Source: Nitrospira sp.
GTDB lineage: Bacteria > Nitrospirota > Nitrospiria > Nitrospirales > Nitrospiraceae
Direction of reading: 5' to 3'
Assembly (NCBI GenBank): GCA_030444405.1
Contig: JARFPM010000004.1
Span: 12,540 to 76,539 of the forward strand
DNA: 64,000 nucleotides
The position numbers were made by a program, and so were the translations under genes. Below, in pieces: positions 41,561 to 51,733 of the stretch. The notes under the pieces were generated by a model that saw nothing but the letters and a program-made list of their open reading frames with translations, was not told the DNA's origin and made no database searches. Numbering within the stretch: the stretch's first letter is position 1; every line of letters starts with the position of its first letter.

Positions 41561-42694
41561 GTGTCGAGTACTCCGACATTCCGCCCGACCGTCGCCACTG
41601 TAGATCTGACGGCGCTTACCCACAATCTCTCCCAATTTCGTCGGATTCTTTCCCCTGGATGCGACATCATGGCGGTCGTCAAAGCCAACGCCTACGGCCA
41701 TGGCGCGATCGAAACGTCACGCACACTGATACGGCATCGTGTCACCCGCCTTGCCGTCTTCTCGACGGAAGAAGGAGTCGCACTTCGGCAAGCCGGCATC
41801 ACTGTGCCGATCGTCGTCCTCGGTCCGCTCTTCCAAGAACAATTCGATGATCTCTTTGCCCACCAACTCACTCCGGTGGTGAGCGATCCTTCCGTGCTCA
41901 CGGCGTTGGGGCAGGCCGCTGCATCGCATGCGACTCCATACCCAATACATCTCAAAATCGAGACGGGTATGGGTCGATTAGGTCTCACGCACGATCAACT
42001 AGAGGCACTCATCAACTCCCGTCGGTTTCCGGCTTCCCTACAATTGGAAGGGCTCATGACTCATCTGTCCGATGCTGATGGATCCGACCCGGATTCGACC
42101 GAACAGCAAATCACCCGATTCAACAAGGCTAAGAAGCTCGTTCTGGAGAGCGGGTTCCAGGTACCTCTCGTTCATGTGTCCAATAGCGGTGGAGCAGTTC
42201 GCTTCCCGTCAGCCCACTTCACCCTCGTGCGGCCAGGCATCATGTTGTATGGGTATCATACCCTTCCTGGCACGGTTGAGGCTCCGGACCTAAGGCCGGT
42301 GCTCTCGCTTAAGACCTGTATTGCTCATCTCCAAACCATCCAGCCAGGGGGAACGGTCAGTTATAATCGGACCTTCACCGCAAAGTGCCTCACACGGATT
42401 GCCGTCCTCCCGATCGGTTATGCAGGTGGGTTGAACCGACACCTTTCAAATCGAGGCTATGTTCTCGTCCGGGGACAGCGGGCCCCCATCGCAGGATTGG
42501 TTTGCATGGATATGGTGATGGTGGACGTCACAGCGATCGCGGGTGCCGCCGTCGGTGATGAGGCTGTGCTCATTGGGCAGCAGGGAAACGAGCAAATTAC
42601 GGCCAGCGATATCGCAGAATGGACCGGTACCATCCCATACGAAGTTCTGTGCGCAATCGGTCAACGGATTCCGAGGGTATACCATTCTACCTAG
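41561..42694 (+). CDS. alr: alanine racemase
   Basis: PLP-Lys motif AVVKANAYGHG, C-terminal YEVLCAIGQRIPRVY. Confidence 0.92.
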   Translation: MSSTPTFRPTVATVDLTALTHNLSQFRRILSPGCDIMAVVKANAYGHGAIETSRTLIRHRVTRLAVFSTEEGVALRQAGITVPIVVLGPLFQEQFDDLFAHQLTPVVSDPSVLTALGQAAASHATPYPIHLKIETGMGRLGLTHDQLEALINSRRFPASLQLEGLMTHLSDADGSDPDSTEQQITRFNKAKKLVLESGFQVPLVHVSNSGGAVRFPSAHFTLVRPGIMLYGYHTLPGTVEAPDLRPVLSLKTCIAHLQTIQPGGTVSYNRTFTAKCLTRIAVLPIGYAGGLNRHLSNRGYVLVRGQRAPIAGLVCMDMVMVDVTAIAGAAVGDEAVLIGQQGNEQITASDIAEWTGTIPYEVLCAIGQRIPRVYHST

Positions 42695-42764
42695 ATTATC
42701 TTCCAGACTATTCCTCGTAACTGTGTAGAGCTGCATTTCAGTGAGCAGTTGAGAAGGCTCTTTG

Positions 42765-44207
42765 CTAGAAGCTGGCTCGGACGGAAATCCCGCCGCTGTA
42801 TAAGATGCTCGAGTAAAGTCCGTTCACCGCTTCGCGAATCCCGGTATTTCCCGAGACGGTTCTTTGCTCATAAAGCGCAGCCTGGAATGACAAATCCACG
42901 CCGACAAGTTTCGCCTTTACTGGTCCGATTCCAAGACTCCCGCAGGGGATCAATCCCAGGAACGATCCATTGCCCTTGCACAGTAGTCCGAGGCCTGTTG
43001 AAATGATATGAACGTCGGCCGATGGGATACCGGGATTGAAGGTGAGATCCGGCACCTGAGTTTGCTGGTTCGTATAGCCGCCTCGCACAGCTACCTCCCA
43101 GCCAGGCAGTCGATCTATCTTCAGCCATCGATATTCGGTCCCGATCAAAATGGCGTAAGTGCTCTCCCAATTTTGAGGTCGTGGGATGATGACCGTTCCA
43201 TCGGGACTTCGGATATCCAAGTTCCTGACCGATTTCCAGCCTACATAGTCTACGTTCAACTCAACTTTCCACTCGCGTTCAGCATTTCGGACGGGCCACA
43301 CGGCGATTCCGCCTGTAATGACTTGTGGCAAAACCAACGTAGTGGTGGCATCTTGGACCTTGACGCCGTTGACCAACAAGGCTCCGTCCAAATGCAACGT
43401 CGCCTGACTGCGGTACACCACTGCGAGATTTGCGATTGGTTGCCCATCTGCATTCCGCAACGCTGTGTATAGAGCGCCGACGTTGAATCCCGGAGCGGTG
43501 CCTTTGCCGTTCAGTTCGACCTTACTCCCGGCCGGTGCCAATCCGCCCGGTGAAATAAGCTGAGATTCCGCCTGGCCTTCGCCGAAAAAACTCGCAAAGG
43601 TGTAGATGTCTGCTCCCACCCCGATTGAAAGATCGGGGAGTAGCTGATAGGCAAACGTCGGCTTGATGTCGAATAGGGGCAGTGCGGTAAAAGTGGTGAC
43701 GGCCGAAAAAGGGCCGTTATCCGGCCATCTCTGCACCGAACCAAACGGAGTCGTGATACCCACCCCTAGCGTCAGCTTGTCAAGTAGAGAGCCACCAAGG
43801 CCTTGGAGATTCGCCGTGATATAGGCATGACCGGGAGCAGGCCACGCGATGGTGCCACCATGGTTACCCGTTGCCGTAATTCCGCTCCGACTTGTAAAGT
43901 CGGTCGTTCCGCCAACGAGGTACCCCCCCGCCATCATTTGCACGCCACCAAGCTGCGTCATACCCGCAGGATTGTAATGGAGGGCGGATGGATTGTCGGC
44001 CTGCGCGGCGAAGGCATTACCCATCCCAGACGCAGCGGCTCCCTGACCATAGACTCGAGGCACTTGAGCTAAGACCGGGGAAGCTGTGCAGACGATGACG
44101 GCCAATGCAAGAAGAGTGAGCCCCCAGTGCGCACGAACCCGAACGCTATTCCAGGAGAAATGCCATCGCCAGCCCTCGGACAGTCTCCAATGGCTCAGAG
44201 CGCGCAT
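42765..44207 (-). CDS. outer-membrane hydrophobic-compound transport protein (OMPP1/FadL/TodX family)
   Basis: Signal peptide, N-terminal hatch GAAASGMGNAFAAQADNPSALHYNPAGM, alternating beta-strand pattern, C-terminal aromatic residue (..VRASF). Confidence 0.8.
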   Translation of the reverse strand: MRALSHWRLSEGWRWHFSWNSVRVRAHWGLTLLALAVIVCTASPVLAQVPRVYGQGAAASGMGNAFAAQADNPSALHYNPAGMTQLGGVQMMAGGYLVGGTTDFTSRSGITATGNHGGTIAWPAPGHAYITANLQGLGGSLLDKLTLGVGITTPFGSVQRWPDNGPFSAVTTFTALPLFDIKPTFAYQLLPDLSIGVGADIYTFASFFGEGQAESQLISPGGLAPAGSKVELNGKGTAPGFNVGALYTALRNADGQPIANLAVVYRSQATLHLDGALLVNGVKVQDATTTLVLPQVITGGIAVWPVRNAEREWKVELNVDYVGWKSVRNLDIRSPDGTVIIPRPQNWESTYAILIGTEYRWLKIDRLPGWEVAVRGGYTNQQTQVPDLTFNPGIPSADVHIISTGLGLLCKGNGSFLGLIPCGSLGIGPVKAKLVGVDLSFQAALYEQRTVSGNTGIREAVNGLYSSILYSGGISVRASF

Positions 44208-44217
44208 CGTATCCCCG

Positions 44218-47079
44218 TCATGCGCGTCGGAACCACCGACCCATGGTTTGCTGAAGCTGGCTGGCGTCGAATGGCTTGAGCAGGTAGGCTTGGGCTCCCA
44301 ACCCGATAGCCCTCACGGCGAGTTCCTGGGATCCCGACGCCGTAATCATGATAATAGGAAGGCGCTGATTCGTCAGACGCACCCGGCGTAGCACTTCCAG
44401 ACCGTCGATCTGACCGATTCCGATGTCGAGGATCATCCCATCGAACTCCCTTGATTGGAGAATCGCCAGCGCTTGCCGACCATCGAACGCCGAGAATGTC
44501 TGGTAGCCTCCTGCCTTCAGCCGGTCATGAAGCAGTTGCTGAATGTCGGTATCATCATCCACGACCAAGATTTGTTGGCCCATGAGATGGGACTCCAGCA
44601 TCGGTGGCGTCTGCACGGCATGGATTGGAACCGTGAAAGACAGTTCCGCACCGCCCTCTGGACGATTACAAGCCGTCACCATCCCTCCTTGCAACTCCAC
44701 CAACGTTTTCACGATTGATAGTCCAAGTCCCAGCCCTTTGGGGGCCGTGCGCTGGCCTTGCTGGATGCGGAAGAACGGGTCAAAAATCTTGTCAAGGTAT
44801 TCCGAAGCAATACCGGGGCCCGTATCCTGAACCAGAACAGTTGCCGTACGGTGATTCAGCAACTGGCAGGCGACTGACACGGTTCCGCCTGGTGGGGTGA
44901 ATTTGATGGCATTCTGCACCAGATTGACGACGGTCTGAATCAAACGATCCCGATCCGCCCAGACGACCACTTCCGTGTTGGCACAACGGAATTCCAGTGA
45001 TTGCTGTTTTGCCTGAGCCAACGGCTTCAGTTGCTCGATCACGTCGGCGAGACAGGGTTCAAGCTCGACATCGGCCGGATGGACCTCCAAGCGCCCGGTC
45101 TCAATGCGGGTGCGATCAAGCAGATCCTCGATCATCCGAACCAGCCGATCCGAGTTTTCCGACATGCGCACGAGATAGCGCTGCTGCTTCTCGTTCAACG
45201 GTCCGGTCAGTCCGTCCAACAGATTTTGAATGAATCCCTTGATGGACGTGAGCGGTGTTCTCAGTTCATGGGATACATGCGAAAGGAATTGCGCTCGCAA
45301 GCGGTCGGCCCGCTCAAGGGCTTCGGTGCGCTCTTTGACTTTGACCTCCAACCCCTGATTCCATTCCTCGATCTGCTGGTAGGCTGAGGCGTTATCCAAC
45401 GCGATGGAGACTTGACTCGCGACCGTCGTCATCAACTCCAAATCGTCTTCTGTCACGCTTTGATTGTGTGAACGATCGACCGTCAACATCCCCCAGATAC
45501 GGTCCTTGGTTTTGATGGGAACCACAACCAAAGCTTTAGTTCCGCTCAATTCGGCTAAACGTTGATTGAGGGGATGGAGGTTGTGTCGTATCGACTCGAT
45601 ATCTTTGACCAACAGTGGGAGTCCTTGAAGGACCACCGTCCCCTCTGGACTCTCGCGATCGGTGATTGGAATCCGACAGGACTGTGCGAACGTTTCAACC
45701 TCAGGAGGCGCACCGATCAGACGGATATGTCGGACGGTATGCTCACAGGGATCAAACATGGAGACCATGGCGCTGTTGTAGTTAAGCTCGTGCGTCAAGG
45801 CTTCCAGTACCTGGTGGAGCAGCGCGTCTCGTTCGAATGTCGAGCCGAATGATAAGCCCGCTCGATGCAGCGCCGTGAGTTGGGCCACTTTTCGACGCAA
45901 TTCCACCCGCATCTGCTCTTGTTCTAGGTATGCTTCGCGTAGTTCTTCGTGGCGGGATTCAACGAAGGTTATTTGCTCTTGAATCAAGGCCTCGCGTCGT
46001 TCGCTTTCGCGGAGTAATCGGCGATTGACTACGATACCGACCGCAAGGACTGGACATAATCCAACCAACAACACTTCGCCGAGGCTGGCAGTCGGATTGA
46101 GTATCCCTACTCCTGCCATGAGGGCCAAACCCACCACTCCGCCCCATACGAACCATGTAACACTTTGCCGAGCATGATGGGGGGAAGTCTCGACACGGCT
46201 GGTTGTCGCTGGATGGGTGTCTTGCGACTGCTCCATGCCGGTGGCCGACTCGCTGCTCAATCGAGCAGGACGCGCCTCTTCGATCGGGGAGGTCACGCGC
46301 CAGAATCGTTTCCGATACCGGCTCTCATGCTGCCATCGGATCGTCCACTGGCACCATTCATCGTCATTGCCGATGCAGGAGGTTTCGATCGCTTCCGCCT
46401 GAGAGAGGCCGTGGATGCGATCAGCCATGGCGACCATGATGCCCTGTGCAGACTGACAGACCAGGCAGGCACACCGTCTGCGGTAGGGCCCAAACTGCCG
46501 AAGGGTCCGGTCGGTAAACCGCATCCCCACCGCAGCCGTGCTGCTCGTGACTTCCGCCACGCGGAACTCGACAGAGCCGGACGTAAACTTGTTCCCAAAG
46601 TAGGGAAACATCGTGTAAATCTGTGAGAGGGAAAAGGGGCGAGTCAGGGCCAGCATGATGGGAGACACCTTTTCCGCTCCCGCCTTGAAGGCAAAGCGTG
46701 AGTCGCCCGAGATGCGTTCACAGAATTCATACAGATACGAGGTAAATTCGTACGAGTAGCTGTTCCAAGGGTTCTTCAAGAATTCCGGAGTCACATGATA
46801 GATGGGATCCTTGATGCGGTCATTCAAGAGTCGGCACAACTCCTCGACTGCTTCTTTTCCGGCCGAGGCTCCTCCCTCGGAGGTTACCAACTTCTCTAAG
46901 AAGACCGTCACAGCTCTGATACTGACACCGCTGAGGTCTCGGATCGTCTGACCCTGTTCATCCAAACCGAACGGGCGAAATACCATTGCGCCCTGCTCAA
47001 GAATAGTTCGATCCTTGGGGAAGAGTTCGACGTTCGGGATGGACTTGGCCTCAACAATGTCGAGCGTGCTGCCTGTCAT
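44218..47079 (-). CDS. hybrid sensor histidine kinase: unknown/V4R-like N-domain, 2 TM, GAF, HisKA, HATPase, receiver
   Basis: H-box SHVSHELRTPLTSI. N/G boxes VNLVQNAIKFTPPGG, DTGPGI, GLGLGLSIV. C-terminal receiver ILVVDDDTDI..MILDIGIG..PIIMITA. The N-terminal ~270-aa soluble domain ends ETSCIGNDDEWCQWTIRW. Confidence 0.88.
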   Translation of the reverse strand: MTGSTLDIVEAKSIPNVELFPKDRTILEQGAMVFRPFGLDEQGQTIRDLSGVSIRAVTVFLEKLVTSEGGASAGKEAVEELCRLLNDRIKDPIYHVTPEFLKNPWNSYSYEFTSYLYEFCERISGDSRFAFKAGAEKVSPIMLALTRPFSLSQIYTMFPYFGNKFTSGSVEFRVAEVTSSTAAVGMRFTDRTLRQFGPYRRRCACLVCQSAQGIMVAMADRIHGLSQAEAIETSCIGNDDEWCQWTIRWQHESRYRKRFWRVTSPIEEARPARLSSESATGMEQSQDTHPATTSRVETSPHHARQSVTWFVWGGVVGLALMAGVGILNPTASLGEVLLVGLCPVLAVGIVVNRRLLRESERREALIQEQITFVESRHEELREAYLEQEQMRVELRRKVAQLTALHRAGLSFGSTFERDALLHQVLEALTHELNYNSAMVSMFDPCEHTVRHIRLIGAPPEVETFAQSCRIPITDRESPEGTVVLQGLPLLVKDIESIRHNLHPLNQRLAELSGTKALVVVPIKTKDRIWGMLTVDRSHNQSVTEDDLELMTTVASQVSIALDNASAYQQIEEWNQGLEVKVKERTEALERADRLRAQFLSHVSHELRTPLTSIKGFIQNLLDGLTGPLNEKQQRYLVRMSENSDRLVRMIEDLLDRTRIETGRLEVHPADVELEPCLADVIEQLKPLAQAKQQSLEFRCANTEVVVWADRDRLIQTVVNLVQNAIKFTPPGGTVSVACQLLNHRTATVLVQDTGPGIASEYLDKIFDPFFRIQQGQRTAPKGLGLGLSIVKTLVELQGGMVTACNRPEGGAELSFTVPIHAVQTPPMLESHLMGQQILVVDDDTDIQQLLHDRLKAGGYQTFSAFDGRQALAILQSREFDGMILDIGIGQIDGLEVLRRVRLTNQRLPIIMITASGSQELAVRAIGLGAQAYLLKPFDASQLQQTMGRWFRRA

Positions 47080-47400
47080 GGCGTCATCCCTAAGACGACA
47101 GATCGACGGGACGGAAGTGGGCGTGATGCTTCGCGCGGTTAACCATTACGACGGCCGAGGGACGCACAAGGGGACAGGTTTTATTCACCTGCACAATTCA
47201 CATACAGGAATAGCATGTATGGCTCGGCGAGTATATCGGCGACCGCGTGAGCTTTGCAATACGAAGTGTTCTCCCCCTGCATCGGTGGGGGAGAACCGGT
47301 CAAAAGATGGGACTGTCAGTGGGAGGGACAATGCCTGAAGAGCTGACCCTCTCAACTCGCGAGAGACATCTACTAGCAAAGCATCAGAGGGTGTGCCCTC

Positions 47401-47709
47401 TTATTGTCTAACCGACCGCTTGAGTTTCTTTTCAACGCTGGCAACCTTGCTCTGGAGGCGTCCGGAATAGCCTTTTCGGTAGTCCACTTTGATCGTGCAG
47501 GAAATCCGGTCGCAATCCTTCTTCATCCGCTCATAGCATTGCTGCACCACTGAGAAGACTTGCTCCCATTCACCTTCTAAGACTGTTCCCATCGGGTTCA
47601 ATCGATATGAAACTCCGCTCTTATCAATAATATCGAGTGAACGGGCCACATATTTCCCAACACTTTCTCCCTTTCCCAACGGCGACATGCTGAATTCCAG
47701 TAGAACCAT
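47401..47709 (-). CDS. MTH1187/YkoF-like (DUF77) putative thiamine-binding protein
   Basis: ORF 47401..47778, start set at MVLLEFSMSPLGKGESVGKYVA, followed by NPMGTVLEGEWEQV. Confidence 0.7.
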   Translation of the reverse strand: MVLLEFSMSPLGKGESVGKYVARSLDIIDKSGVSYRLNPMGTVLEGEWEQVFSVVQQCYERMKKDCDRISCTIKVDYRKGYSGRLQSKVASVEKKLKRSVRQ

Positions 47710-47720
47710 CGTTGCTCCTA

Positions 47721-48392
47721 TTATTCCCCCGTGTGAGGTTGTCTGTTCGTCACGGTCTCGGCCCGTCTTTCCAACCATACTTTTGGATATCGCACCTTGC
47801 CGAGGAAACGAAAACCGTCTAAGGCGTCACGGAGCAGTGCCCGCCGCTTCTCGGCATCCGGCTCATTCGCTTTGGCCTGTTCACGCAGTTGCCCCAACCA
47901 CTCGACATAATCGATGAATTCCGCATCGAGGATCTGTTCCAGATCTTCTTTCATGAATCCGGAAAGAGCCGGTGCTACTCCGCTTGTACTGATCGCGACT
48001 CGCACATGTCCAACTGCCACGACTGCCGGCATCGTGACGCTGCTTGCCTCCGGGTAGTCTACCGACCAGAGCAGCACACGCTTCTCTCTGGCTTTAGCCA
48101 ACAGCATCTGAGCGAATTCACGATCGCCTCGAATGGTATTGAGAATGAGAATGGCGTGTTCAAGATCCGTTTCGCGAAACTGTCGCCCGCGATGGATGAT
48201 CTTACCCGAAGCCGCCAGCAGACGGAGTGGTTCATTCAGCGTAGGACTGATCACCGTGACCCGCGCACCGGACTCGAGCAGGCGTTGGGATTTTTCCGAT
48301 GCCTCCTCATCGCCACCGATCACCAGAACCGGCCAGCCTCTTACGTCCAAAACCAAGGGAAAACCAGGATTGGCAGCCATGACAACTCCCAT
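47721..48392 (-). CDS. sirC: precorrin-2 dehydrogenase / sirohydrochlorin ferrochelatase (SirC/Met8, CysG N-domain type)
   Basis: Rossmann VLVIGGDEEASEKSQRLLESGARVTVISP, plus VAISTSGVAPALSGFMKEDLE. Confidence 0.78.
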   Translation of the reverse strand: MGVVMAANPGFPLVLDVRGWPVLVIGGDEEASEKSQRLLESGARVTVISPTLNEPLRLLAASGKIIHRGRQFRETDLEHAILILNTIRGDREFAQMLLAKAREKRVLLWSVDYPEASSVTMPAVVAVGHVRVAISTSGVAPALSGFMKEDLEQILDAEFIDYVEWLGQLREQAKANEPDAEKRRALLRDALDGFRFLGKVRYPKVWLERRAETVTNRQPHTGE

Positions 48393-48603
48393 TCAACCGA
48401 GAGGTTCAGTATCCGAAAATAGACCTTCATCATGCAAGAGGGATTTCAGGGATTCACACTCCATTTCCCATTTCGATCAGCCCGTCGCTATAATGCAGCA
48501 CACTCGAAAGGCTGCATGACTTCGCGCACGGCTTTGGAAGAATGACTGGAGAGATAGCGATTGCGGATACACTATCCGCAGAGGGTCTTTTCAAAATCGA
48601 GCG

Positions 48604-49149
48604 TTACGTATCTGCCGGATCTGCATCAAGCTCCATATTCCAATAAAGATAATCACGCCAGCTTTCCGGCGTGTTACGAATGCCGATGGTAATGGTAATG
48701 ACGGGGCTCCAGCGAGGCTTCACGGGTCGTTTCTTTAACTTCATCCCGGCTTCGTCCGGCGTACGCCCGCTCTTGCGGTTGTTGCATCGCCAGCAGGCAG
48801 TCACAATGTTTTCCCATGTCTTTTTTCCACCCTTGGCGATGGGCACGACATGATCAAACGTCAGCTCCTCGGTCCGAAACCTGTAGTTACAGTATTGGCA
48901 GCAGTATCCGTCTCGGGTGAAAATGTTGATGCGGGAAAACTTGACGGCACGATGACTATCTTTCAGTCTAACCAGTTTCAGCAACCGCATAACAGCAGGA
49001 AGTTTGATCGACAGCGAAATCCCATGGATTTCCCTGTCGTAGACCTCCAAGACTTCGACTTTTCCTTGCCAGAGAAGGGCGATCGCTTTTTGCCAATGTA
49101 CGACCCGCAGGGGTTCATAGGTCGCGTTGAGCAGGAGGGTCATTTCCAT
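48604..49149 (-). CDS. HNH endonuclease
   Basis: CQYCNYRFRTEELTFDHVVPIAKGGKKTWENIVTACWRCNNRKSGRTP (HNH with CxxC...CxxC zinc site). Confidence 0.85.
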   Translation of the reverse strand: MEMTLLLNATYEPLRVVHWQKAIALLWQGKVEVLEVYDREIHGISLSIKLPAVMRLLKLVRLKDSHRAVKFSRINIFTRDGYCCQYCNYRFRTEELTFDHVVPIAKGGKKTWENIVTACWRCNNRKSGRTPDEAGMKLKKRPVKPRWSPVITITIGIRNTPESWRDYLYWNMELDADPADT

Positions 49150-49298
49150 GCAGGGACCTCATCCCTAATCGGGCCTCCACAGCGGCCAGGGAGTGTTTCC
49201 GCGAGGCAGGGCTACACGCTGATAGTTCTATGCCATAAGGTGGCGTTGAAATCAAGCAAGCGCCCTTCTGACGCCACATGCGGCACACCGATGGAGAG

Positions 49299-49637
49299 AT
49301 GACCATGATGCACAATTTCGTCAGAGTGGCCTTCACGCACGAGATCCCCCCCGGCACGGGACGCACCGTGGAAGTCGATGGGATTTGGATTGCGGTCTTC
49401 AACGTGGATGGAGCTTTTTACGCAGTCGATAACTCCTGTCCCCATGCAGGCGGCCCGCTCGGAGAAGGGAAACTGTGCGAGGCGACCGTGGAATGCCCCT
49501 GGCATGGGTGGAAATTCAGCGTCATCTCAGGAGAACGAGTCGGCAACCCGAACTTCCAGGTCGCTTGCTGCGAGGTTCAGATCCAAGGGGATGAAGTTCG
49601 GATCGCCATCCCACCGGCGCTCAGAGGACCAACTTAG
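49299..49637 (+). CDS. Rieske [2Fe-2S] domain protein (NirD-like small subunit type)
   Basis: CPHAGGPLGEG....CPWHGWKFS. Start set at MTMMHNF inside ORF 49278..49637. Confidence 0.8.
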   Translation: MTMMHNFVRVAFTHEIPPGTGRTVEVDGIWIAVFNVDGAFYAVDNSCPHAGGPLGEGKLCEATVECPWHGWKFSVISGERVGNPNFQVACCEVQIQGDEVRIAIPPALRGPT

Positions 49638-49639
49638 CG

Positions 49640-50116
49640 TTATGACGGCGCGGGCGGTTGCAGAGCAGGTCGTTGGTCCGTATCGGACGGCATCGGCGTC
49701 ACTCCATCCGCCGGCAAAGAGGCAGCATTGACCTTCTTGAGTTCAAGATGTGCATGCCAGATGAATTCTCGCTCGAACCATTGGCCGCGCATTCCCTGAT
49801 CGCGAAGCTGCACACGAATCTCGTAGATATCTCCCTCCACATGCTTCACTCGCCATTCCCCGAGTCGAACCCCCTGTCCGCGATCCTTCATCGTTCGGAC
49901 ATGCTCGTTCATGGCTTGCAGGATGGTAGGGTGCCCGATCGCCGGATGACTCTGCACCAAGGCCAGTGCCTCGGCTTCTCGCTTGTCTCTCGACGGAGTT
50001 GTCGACGGCAACGTAGTCCATGCATAGTAGAGTCCACTCAACAGCAGGATCGCGGCAACGGCATACCGGACGAGATGGATGCCGGGCGATCGAGAGAAGC
50101 CAGTGCTGTCGGTCAT
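49640..50116 (-). CDS. membrane-anchored hypothetical protein
   Basis: Single N-terminal TM VRYAVAAILLLSGLYYAW, then a soluble domain. No recognisable family. Confidence 0.5.
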   Translation of the reverse strand: MTDSTGFSRSPGIHLVRYAVAAILLLSGLYYAWTTLPSTTPSRDKREAEALALVQSHPAIGHPTILQAMNEHVRTMKDRGQGVRLGEWRVKHVEGDIYEIRVQLRDQGMRGQWFEREFIWHAHLELKKVNAASLPADGVTPMPSDTDQRPALQPPAPS

Positions 50117-50313
50117 GCCGGGTGCTGTCTCAGTGTAGGAGGCTCAAATCGGGGAACCTTGTTGACTGTTGGGCATCTTAGGAAGGCAAAGACGCCCTTG
50201 TCAATGCAGCATCGAGAACTGGTCGTGACGAGAGCCGCTTGTCTGGTGAAAAGCCGGTGTGCTACAAGTACCAGCGGAGTTCAACACGGTCGGCCTCAGA
50301 ATGAGTACGGTGC

Positions 50314-50757
50314 ATGAAGTTCTTTCTGTACGGTGATCTCCTCAATCCCTCACAACTCAAGCGGCGTGCCCCGGAACACAAATTTCTCTACCTCGCAACC
50401 TTGTCGGACCATACCGTCAAATTTTGCCGATGGTCGTCACAATGGCGGTGCGGGCTTGCTAGTATCGTCCCTTCACCAGGAGAAAAGACTTGGGGCGGTG
50501 TGTTTGAGCTTACGGACGAAGACGCGAAGATCATGGATCAGTTTGAACAGGATGTGCCGCAGGGAGCGTATCGCCACCTGCAAGTCACCATCTCAACCGA
50601 TCACGGAGACAAGGAACTCGTCACCACCTACGCAGCAAGCCCGATCGGGAAGTTCAAGCCCAAAGATCATTATCTGGATTGGGTGCTGAAAGGGCTCAAG
50701 CAATGGAAGTTTCCTGAGGAAGTGATCCAGGAATGGGAATCGTATCGGCCGCGATAG
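50314..50757 (+). CDS. gamma-glutamylcyclotransferase (AIG2/GGCT-like) family protein
   Basis: N-terminal FLYGDLLNP...L and overall size typical of GGCT-like proteins. Confidence 0.6.
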   Translation: MKFFLYGDLLNPSQLKRRAPEHKFLYLATLSDHTVKFCRWSSQWRCGLASIVPSPGEKTWGGVFELTDEDAKIMDQFEQDVPQGAYRHLQVTISTDHGDKELVTTYAASPIGKFKPKDHYLDWVLKGLKQWKFPEEVIQEWESYRPR

Positions 50758-50804
50758 GCGGACCGTAGACACATAATCCATGTCGATTTCTTATTGAGGA
50801 GGCT

Positions 50805-51131
50805 ATGCCAAAACCTAAATATCACATTCTCGTCTGTACCAATTCCCGTCCTCCCGGCCACCCTAAACCGTCATGCGGGTCGGCCGGTGCTGCGCAGCTG
50901 CTGATGGCGTTCAATATGGGGCTGATGCAACGTGCCGTACCGCCCGGAGAGGTTCTGGTGAGTGCGACGGGCTGTCTCGGTCCCTGCGAGCAGGGTCCCA
51001 CCGTCGTCATCTATCCGGACAATACCTGGTATTCCAAGGTCACCGAGACGGACGTTGCCACCATCCTTGATGAGCATGTCGCGAAAGGAACACCGGCCGC
51101 GAAGCTGAATCCGGACTCTGTGTGGAAATAA
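50805..51131 (+). CDS. thioredoxin-like [2Fe-2S] ferredoxin
   Basis: HILVCTNSRPPGHPKPSCG ... GCLGPCEQGPTVVIYPDNTWY. Confidence 0.8.
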   Translation: MPKPKYHILVCTNSRPPGHPKPSCGSAGAAQLLMAFNMGLMQRAVPPGEVLVSATGCLGPCEQGPTVVIYPDNTWYSKVTETDVATILDEHVAKGTPAAKLNPDSVWK

Positions 51132-51220
51132 GCGTACTCCACTGACGGCCGGCTTCGAGCGTCAGGTGAAATGGAAGCTTGATTGCATAACCTGATTGCT
51201 GATAGCGTATCCCTTGGCGC

Positions 51221-51733
51221 ATGACTACACCCAGCCATCACGAACACAAAGCCCATGCACCCAGCTCAATCGGGTGCATGGTCATTACCTGTAGCGATAC
51301 CCGTACGCCTGAAACCGACACCAGTGGTCAACTGATTCGCAAGCTCCTAGAAGAGCGAGGCCATACGGTGGTCGGGTACCATCTCGTGAAGGACGACCCG
51401 GCGCAGATCCAACTGTGGATCGCGCGAAGCACGGCCAACGAAGCGGTGCAGGCCATCGTTATCAATGGCGGCACCGGCATTTCCCGTCGGGATTCAACGT
51501 TCGAGGCGGTGGATGCCATGTTGGAAAAGCGGCTCGATGGATTCGGCGAAATCTTTCGGTTGCTGACCTACCAAGACATTGGCTCACCAGCGATCATGAG
51601 TCGGGCCACTGCCGGCATCATCAAAGGCCGGGCTCTCTTTTCCACTCCGGGCTCAGAAGACGCCGTCCGCCTCGCGATGGAAAAGCTGATTCTTCCGGAG
51701 CTGGGCCACCTTATCCAACAGCTCACCAGGTAG
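51221..51733 (+). CDS. moaB: molybdenum cofactor biosynthesis protein B
   Basis: MogA/MoaB fold: VITCSDTRTPETDTSGQ, INGGTGISRRDSTFEAV, FSTPGSEDAV. Confidence 0.88.
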   Translation: MTTPSHHEHKAHAPSSIGCMVITCSDTRTPETDTSGQLIRKLLEERGHTVVGYHLVKDDPAQIQLWIARSTANEAVQAIVINGGTGISRRDSTFEAVDAMLEKRLDGFGEIFRLLTYQDIGSPAIMSRATAGIIKGRALFSTPGSEDAVRLAMEKLILPELGHLIQQLTR

